Below, piece after piece: positions 29,741 to 38,987 of a DNA stretch of 64,000 bases (positions within the stretch are counted from its first letter, which is position 1; every line of letters begins with the position of its first letter). The notes below the pieces were generated by a model, which was not told where the DNA came from, did no database searches, and was given only the letters and a program-made list of their open reading frames with translations. The position numbers were made by a program, and so were the translations under genes. The stretch covers positions 124,001 to 188,000 of IMG/VR virus record IMGVR_UViG_3300017528_000567. One strand, written 5' to 3'.

Positions 29741-30306
29741 AGACTGGTCTGAATCCCTAGGAAGAATTGATTGATCGGAGCGGGCCGCTGGATCACAAAA
29801 CCGGTGAAGAAACACGGGGCAAATGGTAGTGCCGGAGCCATCGAAGCTTCATCCTCATTGGTCCAAAGTCCACGCCGCGAGAAAAAGAGCGGGTCCTTAG
29901 GGGTATACACCAATGGAACGTAGGGGCCGCCCGCAACCCTAGACGCGTATGTGTAGCGCTCGTAGCTCGAGGTTGACATGATGGCGTTGCCGGCCATCAT
30001 CACAGCGCTGCTGGGGTGCACAAGCTGAGACCTGGTGCTGCTTACGAATTGGTCTGCCGATTCATCGCTCCCCCACAGCATGAAGCCGCCGTAGAGCCCG
30101 GTCGAATAGCTCACCACAACGTCCTGCAGCGGTGAGTCGACCCACGTAACCCCCTGACCGCCGGCCCAACCGCCCTGCAGCATGGCTTCATCAACCGTGA
30201 CAACGTGAGAGTCCCCCTTGCCAAAGATGACGCAATCCCGCGAGCGGACAATGTCTAGCCCACGGAAGTCAATTTCGAATGATCCGACTGGAGGTGGAAA
30301 GGACAT
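29737..30306 (-). CDS. Decoration-like paralogue 3
   Basis: GWAGGQG..GGFMLWGSDE..YERYT..LFFSRRGLWTNEDE. Confidence 0.7.
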   Translation of the reverse strand: MSFPPPVGSFEIDFRGLDIVRSRDCVIFGKGDSHVVTVDEAMLQGGWAGGQGVTWVDSPLQDVVVSYSTGLYGGFMLWGSDESADQFVSSTRSQLVHPSSAVMMAGNAIMSTSSYERYTYASRVAGGPYVPLVYTPKDPLFFSRRGLWTNEDEASMAPALPFAPCFFTGFVIQRPAPINQFFLGIQTSL

Positions 30307-30821
30307 TAGAGGGCCGTCTGAACCATGAGTTGAAAGTTATTCTGACTTGAAGGGGCTTGAATGACCGAGCCGATTAGGAAGCCGTTTGAGCCTCGGGGAT
30401 CGCCAGAAACGCTCCACTCGTCCTCGGGTGTCCAAAGCCCCCGTAGGCTGAATCTGAGCCGAAGCCCTACAGGGTAGTCGTTTAGAACAAGGGGGCCGGT
30501 CAGCCTCGACTGCAGCGTGTACTTCTCATAGGAGACCGTCGAGATCACCCAAGTCCCAAAGCAACACACGCCAAATGTGTACTTGATCTGGTTCCCGGTA
30601 TAGGCGATGAACTGGTCTGCGGGCTCATCTGATCCCCACAGCAGAAAGCCGCCGTATGTCCCATCAGAGTAGGTGACGAGGAAGGTGTCGGAGCTCGACG
30701 CGGTCCACGTTGCACCCGAGCCCCCGGTCCAGCCATTGGTGACCATCGCTTGGTCGACCATCACCGGCACCGACAAATCTGTGACGAGCGCAATGCACTC
30801 TCGAGTGCGTGGCAAATCCAT
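30306..30821 (-). CDS. Decoration-like paralogue 2
   Basis: GWTGGSG..GGFLLWGSDE..YEKYT..LRFSLRGLWTPEDE..IGSVIQAP. Confidence 0.7.
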   Translation of the reverse strand: MDLPRTRECIALVTDLSVPVMVDQAMVTNGWTGGSGATWTASSSDTFLVTYSDGTYGGFLLWGSDEPADQFIAYTGNQIKYTFGVCCFGTWVISTVSYEKYTLQSRLTGPLVLNDYPVGLRLRFSLRGLWTPEDEWSVSGDPRGSNGFLIGSVIQAPSSQNNFQLMVQTAL

Positions 30822-30849
30822 CAGCCAGTCCTTTCCCCGGTGTCCATCA

Positions 30850-31368
30850 TCAGATGCTCACCTGTATTCCGAGGTGCCAATTGCGCTCTTCAATGGGTCT
30901 CTGTGTGACGAATGCAATGAAATAGCTATTAGGTCCCCTCGGGTCGCCCGAGAGGGTCCACTCGTCTTCCGTGGTAAAAAGGCCGGCCAAGCTAAAGACC
31001 AGCCGGTCACTTGCGTGATAGTCGATCGGCACAAGTGGCCCGCCGCCCGTGCGCGAGGCATAGGTGTACTTTTCGTAGTTCGCCGTGGAGATCGTCCAAC
31101 CGCCAGCACCAAGGACCACGAACTTGTAGGCCGGCTGGTTCCGGGTCATGGCCGTAAAATCGTCTGAAACCTCATCGGAGCCCCAGAGTGCGAAGCCCGC
31201 ATAGAGCCCGTCTGACTTCGTGACGATAAGCCGGTCTTCAGTAGTGTTAGCCCATTGGAAGCCTTGGCCGCCTTTCCACCCACTCACAGCGTCAGCCTCG
31301 GTCACGTCAACCGTTATGGTTGCCCCCTTGAAGAACGTGATCACGTCTCGAGTGCGAGGTATTTCCAT
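30850..31368 (-). CDS. Decoration-like paralogue 1
   Basis: GWKGGQG..AGFALWGSDE..YEKYT..LVFSLAGLFTTEDE. Confidence 0.7.
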   Translation of the reverse strand: MEIPRTRDVITFFKGATITVDVTEADAVSGWKGGQGFQWANTTEDRLIVTKSDGLYAGFALWGSDEVSDDFTAMTRNQPAYKFVVLGAGGWTISTANYEKYTYASRTGGGPLVPIDYHASDRLVFSLAGLFTTEDEWTLSGDPRGPNSYFIAFVTQRPIEERNWHLGIQVSI

Positions 31369-31619
31369 TAGACAACCCTCTTGAGCTCAATTTTGCGCAT
31401 CGGCATTTTCCCCCAGGCCGTCACGACATTGCGGAGCAGCTCCAGTTGCGAATGGTCACCGTCCAACAGGGCGATCCAGGAGCCCCCAATTTGCCGAAAC
31501 ACCAGCCGAATCGACGTAAAGTCTTCCCAGCTAGGGGCCAGCTCCTCCGACACGCCGTGTTGGATCAGCTGCAAGATAACCTTGTTCGCCAGAACTGTTG
31601 GTTTCTGCTCTTGATCCAT
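31368..31619 (-). CDS. Small hypothetical protein
   Basis: 83-aa ORF translationally coupled within the operon. Confidence 0.6.
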   Translation of the reverse strand: MDQEQKPTVLANKVILQLIQHGVSEELAPSWEDFTSIRLVFRQIGGSWIALLDGDHSQLELLRNVVTAWGKMPMRKIELKRVV

Positions 31620-31646
31620 CGTAGTAGGAGCTACCCAAAAAGATTC

Positions 31647-33734
31647 TCACCGGACGCCGCGGGGCGTGCGAGGTCGGACCATCCGATGCCTGGCTGCCGG
31701 GTTCCTGTCCGAGTGCAGCCCGTGGTTGCGAGCTCGCATCATCTGGTAGCGCTGCGCCGTCATCGCCCCAGTATCGGCGAGACGCATACCGGGCAAGGCC
31801 CCATAGACATACTTCTGGTTGCGCATGCGCTCCGCAGTCAGCCAGACGGCGCGAGTGAAGGCGTCACTCATATCATCGTGGTAGTCGACCCCCTGTGGGG
31901 CCGCGACCTCAACGATATTTTTGCTCTTGATCTTGGCTTCAAGCATCAGCAGCTCCTGAATGAAGGCGGAGTGCTTCTTCCCGGAGATCTCACCCATGAT
32001 GAATTTCGGGTAGTCGTACAGTAAGAGGCGCCTATCGAACATGAGCATCTTCGCGTTCTGGTAGATGCGCGATCGAAGGTCGGGGGTGAAGAACTCGCAC
32101 TTGAACTGTGTCAGCCCCTTCTTGAGCAGGGCCTGCTCAAGCGGTATCCCGTTCCAACGGTCGAAGATGCCCTCCGTGACGTAAAAACGCTTCGTGAGCT
32201 TGTAGATCCACTCCCCGATCTCATCGAACTCGAGCCGCGGGGCATCCCCCAACAGCCGGCAATAGTCGGTTGAATACTCGTTGCCAAGGTGCGGATTCGA
32301 CTTCTTCCATTCGACGCCCGCCTGCCAGACCTCGTGATAGATCAGAGTAACCTTGCCGCCAATCTCGGCCGTGATGAAGATAGCCGTGCCGTCACGCATG
32401 AGCCCGATGTCGATCCCCATCTGGTGCGGATACCGCGGAATGCCGAGATTCTGCGGGCGGTGCTCCTCCTCCACGCACGCCATGAGGTCTTCTTCCCGCT
32501 CGATCCAGCCGCGAACACGGCTGCTGAACTGAGCGCCGTGCTCGGTGAGGAACACCGCGGGGTCTTCGTGGTACTTCTGCTTGTAGTAGTCCGGCGAAAC
32601 CGTGGGGTTGATCTCCCAGGTCGGCGCCTGGATGGCGAGCATGTTCTCCGAGCCGGGGCCAGCGGACATCGCAAGGTGATACAGGTCGTAGAACTTGCCG
32701 CTCTTGTTCAAGGGCGACGAAATGGCGATGACCCTCGACTCGACGGGATAGGAGGTCCCGTCAGGCTTGAGCATCGTCATGCCCGTCTTCGGGTCTTTCG
32801 GAGAGTACGTCGCGGTCGACGGCGTCACCGAATCATAGATATCCTTGGCGCTCGACTGGCCACTATCCTGGTAGTGCGCCATCTCGTCCATGATAACCAC
32901 GGCATTGGAGTGACCGCGGAGACCCTTCGCGATGCACGATTTGAACGTGACTCGCAGCGTGGCCTTACCATTGAAGCTGACGAACTTGCCGTTTTGGTGT
33001 CGGGACGTTGGCCCGTAGCGCTCGATATCGTACGGCGTCCTAAACTTGATCTGCGACTGAGTGTTGTTGGCGATGTACGGCTTGAAGTAGTCGCACTTCG
33101 CGAGGTGAGTGGTCACCTCATTGAACAAGATACCCGCTTGGTCCTTGTCTGTTGCGACCGAGATGATCTGAATCAGGTTGCCGTTCGGAAAGCCGTAGTA
33201 GGCTTGCGGGTTGCCGAAGTTCAGCAGGCGGTAGATCTCATAGCTGGCGAAGATCGAGCTCAGGGTCGTCTTGCCACCACGGCGGCCGATCGAAAGCACC
33301 AGCTGCCGACGCTCGCGATCCTGCTCACCGATATTGCAGCGGCCCTCGTTGTGCAAGAAGGTCAGGTACTCACGCTCAGTGAAGCGGTACAGGACCTTCG
33401 TGCCGAGCATGTCTTTGATCTCAATGCTCTTCTCCGTTTCGTCCAACGGCATGAAATAGTAGAGCTTGACCAGGAAGCGCTGCACCGGGTAGAGCCGCAT
33501 CCCGAGGCCCCAACTAGACTCGATGTAGTCCAGGATGTTGAAGATCTTGGGCCGGAACGGCTTGACCTCGTCAATGACGAACTCCGCCTCTATCCCAGAC
33601 TCATCCTGTTCAGCCTGTGCTGCCGCCGCGGTCGCCGCTGCCGACTTCTGCTCGGACTCTAGTTTAGCCTGGGACGCGGCCTCTCGAATGAATCGAGCGA
33701 CGCCCTCCCCGGTTCGTTTCTTCTGCCCTGCCAC
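31647..33734 (-). CDS. terL: Terminase large subunit
   Basis: Walker A GRRGGKT, Walker B VVIMDE, coupling motif ISSP, nuclease acidic residues GIDIG and HDDMSDA. Confidence 0.93.
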   Translation of the reverse strand: MAGQKKRTGEGVARFIREAASQAKLESEQKSAAATAAAAQAEQDESGIEAEFVIDEVKPFRPKIFNILDYIESSWGLGMRLYPVQRFLVKLYYFMPLDETEKSIEIKDMLGTKVLYRFTEREYLTFLHNEGRCNIGEQDRERRQLVLSIGRRGGKTTLSSIFASYEIYRLLNFGNPQAYYGFPNGNLIQIISVATDKDQAGILFNEVTTHLAKCDYFKPYIANNTQSQIKFRTPYDIERYGPTSRHQNGKFVSFNGKATLRVTFKSCIAKGLRGHSNAVVIMDEMAHYQDSGQSSAKDIYDSVTPSTATYSPKDPKTGMTMLKPDGTSYPVESRVIAISSPLNKSGKFYDLYHLAMSAGPGSENMLAIQAPTWEINPTVSPDYYKQKYHEDPAVFLTEHGAQFSSRVRGWIEREEDLMACVEEEHRPQNLGIPRYPHQMGIDIGLMRDGTAIFITAEIGGKVTLIYHEVWQAGVEWKKSNPHLGNEYSTDYCRLLGDAPRLEFDEIGEWIYKLTKRFYVTEGIFDRWNGIPLEQALLKKGLTQFKCEFFTPDLRSRIYQNAKMLMFDRRLLLYDYPKFIMGEISGKKHSAFIQELLMLEAKIKSKNIVEVAAPQGVDYHDDMSDAFTRAVWLTAERMRNQKYVYGALPGMRLADTGAMTAQRYQMMRARNHGLHSDRNPAARHRMVRPRTPRGVR

Positions 33735-33758
33735 ATATCACCAGGAACGCAGCTAGAC

Positions 33759-34385
33759 CTATCTAACGAGGTCCGCCGCTCTCTCTTCCCAGCCATCCAT
33801 CGCCGTAGTCAAACGATTGAAAAACAGGTCGAGTTGCTCGGCTCCGAGGGTTGCGACTGCCGCATCCTTGACTATCTCGATCCAGAGCTGGAAAACACGC
33901 TGCAGCTTCTCGCCATGCAAGTCGATCTGGTCAAAGCCGATCTTGTGCATCTCGAGTTCAATGTCTGCAATCTTCTTCAGTGCATCGATACGGCGACCAG
34001 AGATCGAGCTCGAGTCTCGACCCATGCGCTCGTTGATTATGCGCTGGTATGCGAGGCTGGCCGTCTCCCTCGCGACCTCCTTCTTCAGGGCTGAAAGCAG
34101 CTGCAGAGGGTCCCGACCGGCTGCATTCTGAACTACAGGGTCCCCGGCTACGAACTGCTCGCGTTCTTCCTGCAGAGCCTCGTAGTATTCGAGGTCCTCC
34201 TGTGATGGACGATTGCGCACCATTGAGCGTGGCCTAGTGCCAAGAGCCTTACCCCCGGTCGGATTCTTCGGCGGGACAAACAGCACTTGTATCGTTGGTT
34301 GAGCTGGCTGTCTTTTTTCCTCTGGGCCGGTGATCTCCGCTAGGAGCTCATCGGCATCCTTGTCATCCAATATATCGCTGCTCAT
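33759..34385 (-). CDS. Candidate terminase small subunit
   Basis: Helical 208-aa protein directly upstream of terL; positional evidence only. Confidence 0.45.
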   Translation of the reverse strand: MSSDILDDKDADELLAEITGPEEKRQPAQPTIQVLFVPPKNPTGGKALGTRPRSMVRNRPSQEDLEYYEALQEEREQFVAGDPVVQNAAGRDPLQLLSALKKEVARETASLAYQRIINERMGRDSSSISGRRIDALKKIADIELEMHKIGFDQIDLHGEKLQRVFQLWIEIVKDAAVATLGAEQLDLFFNRLTTAMDGWEERAADLVR

Positions 34386-34388
34386 ATC

Positions 34389-34802
34389 TCATTTTCCGAC
34401 GGCCCTACTGCCGCCCCCACCATCGGTCTCCACCAAATACTGACTGAGGTTGCTGACCGTGGCGTAACCCTTGTCTTTGGGGATCTGCTTTCGGAGCGCC
34501 GTCTCCATGTCCCGGTAGTCATCGCTTACACCTGGCCAACCCTTGTTCACCAGGTCGACGACATTCATATTCCTCGGCTTTGGCTGAAACACATCCTGGG
34601 GGCGCAAGTCTCGGCTGCTTGGGTCCACAGTATCAGGGCGTCTAAGGTCGGTCTTGACATAGTCCTTGATTGTGGTGCTAGACATGCCTTTGGCCTTGTT
34701 GATCGGCTTGACCAGGTCCTTGACCTCTTTCCGTATATTTGACTGTTGCGCTGCTTGCTTGAAGCGGGCCGCAACGCGCTTGGCTATGTGACGGGAGGTC
34801 AA
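34389..34802 (-). CDS. Small basic protein with N-terminal RVAARF tag
   Basis: Begins (TTG)TSRHIAKRVAARFKQAA. Confidence 0.7.
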   Translation of the reverse strand: MTSRHIAKRVAARFKQAAQQSNIRKEVKDLVKPINKAKGMSSTTIKDYVKTDLRRPDTVDPSSRDLRPQDVFQPKPRNMNVVDLVNKGWPGVSDDYRDMETALRKQIPKDKGYATVSNLSQYLVETDGGGGSRAVGK

Positions 34803-36796
34803 AGCTTCACCTCGCCTTGGCCAAACATGATCGTGACGTCCCGGGGAGTTTCAGTAGCTTTGACATCGATCACGATGTCGTTCTGCATCTGGAACTCATC
34901 CACCATCGAAGCCCCGTTGTTCACGAGCTCCGCGTAGGCGATTGACGTCGAGCTACCAGACGCCAGGACGGCGCGCTGCTGCGCCGTCTTGTCCATGTAG
35001 GGCGGCTCGCTGACCAGCGGCTTGTTGATTTTCGAGCAATGCCCAGTCTTCACCTGGTGCACACAGCTCATGCACTTCGAGCCGTACTTGAGGTAGGGCA
35101 CCCCGCGCGAGCCATGAAGGCGGCTCGCCTCATCGCAGCCCTTGCCGTAATCGTCATACACAGACGGGTCGACGTAGTAGATGCCCTGCAGCCCCTGCTC
35201 GGCGAAGACCTTCCGGAGCTCGGCCTTGGACGCCTTGATATCGCGAGGGTCGAATCGAGCCTTGAGAGCAGTGGCAAGGTCACTGCCGTACAGGCCCTCG
35301 TTCATGTACCGGGAGGCCTGCTTGATGATCTCCTTGCGCGCCACACCGCTTGTCGCGTACTCGGGGGTCCCGCCATAGAAGCCGGTCATCGCTCCGAGAC
35401 GCACGGGGGCACTTGCCGCCCACCCAGCGGAGACTCGAACAACTTGATGAATTGCCTTCAGCGCCTGACTTGGGGTGCTCCCCCAGCTCGCCGCAGTCCT
35501 TGTGCTCACATTCGGCAACCGACCAGCCGTGCGATGCTCCAGCAGGACGGCGTCGACCGTTTCCTGGGTGAGAATATCCGCGGCTTGTTTCACCAGCGGC
35601 TTGCCGTAGAGCAGGCAGCGGGTCTTGTTGTAGATGCACGACCCACACTTCGCGCCGGCCACGATTGCCCGGACCGTCGGGTTGTGCTTCGCCAGGAAAT
35701 CAGCGCCCTCGTGACAATCTTGGAAGCTGGCCTGCTTCGAGTAGATCACGCCGTAGAGGCCCGATTCTTTGAGAACGGGCGCCCAATGAGGGCTCGTGCG
35801 AACCAGCAGACTTTCGTCGAATGCCAGCCTGAGAGAAGAAGCGAGCTCAGCGTGCGAGAGGCCCTTCACCATCTCACGGTGGAGAAAATCGAGCACGGGC
35901 TTGGCTTCAACTGCCAACTGCTCCTGAGCCCGCTTGCCCTTCAAGAGCGACGTGGCCTCGATCAACTGCTCACGCGCTTGCACCGGGGTTGGCAGCGCCG
36001 GCTTGTGCTGGCTGATGCCCTGTCCGGCGTATGCCCCGGATCGTTCGGGCCGCGGGGCCAGGTAAGCCGCCCTGATGCGCTCTTTGGCAGAGACCGCACC
36101 CGAGGCCTGGATGATGCGACCACGGGCCGCCTGAGACTGCTCAACGGCGCTCGCGAGCTTGTCCGTGTACGGCACCTCAGTGACGAGCTCGCGCCCGAAC
36201 TGGCTGCAATGCCCAGCGCCACCTGGCTGCGCCGTGTGGCAATGTGGGCATCCGCCGCACGCGGTCTTCGAGAGAACGTACCGAGCGGTGGGGGCGTGCT
36301 TGTTGATGAACGAGCTGGCCTTTGCCGGGTCGAGCCCGGCGAAGTCTTCCGCCACAACGTAGTAGCGGCCCACAAGCCCGCGCTCCTGCAGCACCGAGGC
36401 CAACACCGTACGGTGCTCCTGCAGGGTCTCCGCTGGGTAGCGGCGTCGGAGCTCGCTGCGCATCCGCCCGAGGTCATCTGACTGCAGCAGAGCCAGGCGC
36501 GCGATCTTGGCAATCTCTTCGGCCCTCGAGCGAAGCTTGCCGTGCGCCTGAGACATATCACCCATCGTATGGGGATCGTTGATCCCAACATTGGGCACCG
36601 GCACCACGTTCGGGACCAAGAATGCCGTGGCCGACTCACCCTGACGGTCCCACAGAGCTTCCAGGTCCGGTCCGATGTTGAGGTTCTGCTTAGGCAACAC
36701 CGCTTCCGCGCGATACTTCTCTTCATCAACGTCAAGCCAGTCGAGATCGGCAACCGACGCATCTTTCAGAAAATCACTTAGGTCTAGTTCAGCCAT
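34799..36796 (-). CDS. Head-module protein with three Cys-rich repeated modules
   Basis: CGGC..C, CGSC..C and CMSC..C, each followed by (E/P)LV and preceded by GLxGxxY. Confidence 0.75.
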   Translation of the reverse strand: MAELDLSDFLKDASVADLDWLDVDEEKYRAEAVLPKQNLNIGPDLEALWDRQGESATAFLVPNVVPVPNVGINDPHTMGDMSQAHGKLRSRAEEIAKIARLALLQSDDLGRMRSELRRRYPAETLQEHRTVLASVLQERGLVGRYYVVAEDFAGLDPAKASSFINKHAPTARYVLSKTACGGCPHCHTAQPGGAGHCSQFGRELVTEVPYTDKLASAVEQSQAARGRIIQASGAVSAKERIRAAYLAPRPERSGAYAGQGISQHKPALPTPVQAREQLIEATSLLKGKRAQEQLAVEAKPVLDFLHREMVKGLSHAELASSLRLAFDESLLVRTSPHWAPVLKESGLYGVIYSKQASFQDCHEGADFLAKHNPTVRAIVAGAKCGSCIYNKTRCLLYGKPLVKQAADILTQETVDAVLLEHRTAGRLPNVSTRTAASWGSTPSQALKAIHQVVRVSAGWAASAPVRLGAMTGFYGGTPEYATSGVARKEIIKQASRYMNEGLYGSDLATALKARFDPRDIKASKAELRKVFAEQGLQGIYYVDPSVYDDYGKGCDEASRLHGSRGVPYLKYGSKCMSCVHQVKTGHCSKINKPLVSEPPYMDKTAQQRAVLASGSSTSIAYAELVNNGASMVDEFQMQNDIVIDVKATETPRDVTIMFGQGEVKL

Positions 36797-38709
36797 TACC
36801 GCTCTCCGTCCTTCTGATTGATGTATGGCCCCTCATCGTCCCGTTGGTACAAGGGATCCGGACGCATATTGCGGGTTGAATGGTCCCACTTCACGTAAGG
36901 TTGATTCTGCTCGTGCCGGTAACCAAGGCCAGGTTGAACATCCATTGAATGGTCGTACGAGGCATCAGCCTCCGAAGGCAGCTCAGAGTCTGCAAACATG
37001 TGCTCGCGATAATGCGCGGGCCGCGGTGTTACAGGTCTAGGTTGACCTGGAAAAGCCTGGTCCGGCATCTTGGAGGAACCGACGTTGCTCGGTCCCACAT
37101 TCACCGGATTCGAGCCCTTGTCGCCGCTCCGGTAATAGTCAGATCTGGCAACAGGAGGCTGACCATCGTTAGGCAAATGCGACTGGCCTCTATGCGCTTG
37201 CCGGTTGCTCCGGCCCATCTCCATCTCGATAGACGGCGTTGTGTCGCTTTCATCATCGTGCAGCTTGCCGCCCGGATCGCTCGGCAACTTGGACGATGGT
37301 CCAAAGACGCCCTTTCCATCAGGGTCCTTTTCACCGTAGCCGCCCGCCCCTTGGCCATGAGCATCATCGCCGTCGCCGTACCCGATACCAAAATCCCAAC
37401 CTTCTGTTGGCGTGTTGTCGGTATAACGGCCTGGCATCCTGGAGTCGGCGCTCTTCAACAGGCCCCGCTGATCCATCAGCATGAAACCGTCGAGGTCCTT
37501 TTTCGTAAGCTTGTACTTCCGCGCACCGTGGGTGTTCAGGATCTGAGCTGGCGGTCGCCCCTTCTTGAGCAAATCCACGATGCCCCGAATCGTGTTCATG
37601 TCCGGGGCATCCACGTTCATTCGCGGGTCGTAGTCGTAGTCAGTAAGCGATGGCCAGGCCGCTGACTTGTCTGGCAGCGCATTCTCCCACTCAGACTCGT
37701 AAAGGTAGTCCTTCCCAGCCCCGTCCTCCCTGCTCCACTCATCCTTCATGGACGGCGGTTCATCCTGGTTGTAGGAGCCGAATGGACCCGTTTGGTCGGT
37801 ATCTGCGCGGTCCATGTGCTGGACTCGAGGCCCGCCCGACATGGTTTCCACAGGGATCGAGGAATTCGCGAACCGCTTCGCGATACGTGCGATCATGGGG
37901 TCAACCCAGGATGCGGTCTTTACCTTGGCAGACTCGCTGTCAGGCATGTCCCGCGCGTCGGGGACCCCAGCCCCTTCTTCATCCTCGTCTTCTTCATCCT
38001 CGTCTTCATCATCCTCATCGTCATCCTTCTTTTTCATGGAGGGTGGCGGAGGTGGAGGGTGAAAGCGCTGGTCGGACTCGGGGTTATTGACTTCACCCTC
38101 TTCTAGCTCGGCTTGCTCGCCCGATTCCTCCGCCTTGTTCAAACCATCCTCTACGAAGGATTCATCTTCGGGGTTCTCTAAGACGCGCTCGGCGTCCCCA
38201 ACCAAGCGCTCGACACCCTCGACGTCTTGGCTTTCGAGCTCGCCCAACTTTGGGCGCCAGTGCGGTGCGTGGAGCTCATCGTGGATCGTGTCCGAAACAG
38301 ATGAGATGGCCTCGCACGCATCGTGCAGCGCGCCACGAACATCCTTGACTGACATCACATAGCCCCGCCCGCCAATGAGCCCATCGGGAGAGATGGTCGC
38401 CGACTTCAACTTCGTAAACTCTCGGTGCGCCGACATCGCATGCCCGAGCGAGATACTCAGCGTCCATAGCATCCGAGCCAGTGGCTTCAGGGCTTGGGGG
38501 TCGTAGTCGAAATCTTTCGGGATGGCCCGCCGCATCGTGGTCGAGGGACCGCTCGACGCCCTATCCGGACGCTCCGGTTGCGCTGCCACACCTGCGGGCT
38601 CAACGTCATCCTCCAGCCCAGCCAGTCGCATCTGGTGCTTGAGGTTCATTCGTTCGGACGCACGCACGTGGCGCCGTAGAGCCGCTATGGTCTTCTTGCG
38701 AGATTCCAC
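36796..38709 (-). CDS. Acidic, largely disordered probable internal head protein (637 aa)
   Basis: D/E/G/P-rich; KTAS, KSAA and KSAD motifs; RIAKRF tag. Confidence 0.7.
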   Translation of the reverse strand: MESRKKTIAALRRHVRASERMNLKHQMRLAGLEDDVEPAGVAAQPERPDRASSGPSTTMRRAIPKDFDYDPQALKPLARMLWTLSISLGHAMSAHREFTKLKSATISPDGLIGGRGYVMSVKDVRGALHDACEAISSVSDTIHDELHAPHWRPKLGELESQDVEGVERLVGDAERVLENPEDESFVEDGLNKAEESGEQAELEEGEVNNPESDQRFHPPPPPPSMKKKDDDEDDEDEDEEDEDEEGAGVPDARDMPDSESAKVKTASWVDPMIARIAKRFANSSIPVETMSGGPRVQHMDRADTDQTGPFGSYNQDEPPSMKDEWSREDGAGKDYLYESEWENALPDKSAAWPSLTDYDYDPRMNVDAPDMNTIRGIVDLLKKGRPPAQILNTHGARKYKLTKKDLDGFMLMDQRGLLKSADSRMPGRYTDNTPTEGWDFGIGYGDGDDAHGQGAGGYGEKDPDGKGVFGPSSKLPSDPGGKLHDDESDTTPSIEMEMGRSNRQAHRGQSHLPNDGQPPVARSDYYRSGDKGSNPVNVGPSNVGSSKMPDQAFPGQPRPVTPRPAHYREHMFADSELPSEADASYDHSMDVQPGLGYRHEQNQPYVKWDHSTRNMRPDPLYQRDDEGPYINQKDGER

Positions 38710-38710
38710 G

Positions 38711-38980
38711 TTAGCCCTTCAGAGCCTCTCCGTTGTCGTCAAACAGGCGCTCGATAAAATATTGCCCATCCGCCTCCTTCTTGAGCGCCCAAAGGTCGCG
38801 CTCACTCCGGTGAATCAGCGTCTCAGCTGATAGGCGAATGAACGACTGGAGGTCCCCCATCGAGGCCACCTTCTTGCGCCCCGATCCATGCGGCTTCAGA
38901 ATGTGGTCCTCGCGCTGAAGCATGGCATCCAAGCCAACTGCACCGGACATCATCATATTGCCTAGATCAAAATCGGCCAT
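38711..38980 (-). CDS. Small hypothetical protein
   Basis: Start moved to 38980 (GAGGGAAG upstream); ends LIHRSERDLW..YFIERLFDDNG. Confidence 0.65.
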   Translation of the reverse strand: MADFDLGNMMMSGAVGLDAMLQREDHILKPHGSGRKKVASMGDLQSFIRLSAETLIHRSERDLWALKKEADGQYFIERLFDDNGEALKG

Positions 38981-38987
38981 CTTCCCC

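Noticed and set aside
29756-29768. TTCTTCCTAG as another late-promoter copy
   Set aside because: It lies inside coding sequence (QFFLG) and the downstream gene is translationally coupled, so a coding explanation is sufficient.
32289-33662. Long plus-strand ORFs (also 35039..36481, 19162..19878, 20627..21541, 26344..26994, 50860..51606 and similar)
   Set aside because: They lie antisense to genes with clear family motifs, have Arg/Leu-rich shadow composition typical of GC-rich DNA, and show no motifs of their own.
31647-33734. Inteins or introns in terL (also recA, dnaX, nrdJ, ligA)
   Set aside because: Family motifs are colinear at ordinary spacing, and I saw no splice-junction or LAGLIDADG/HNH motifs.
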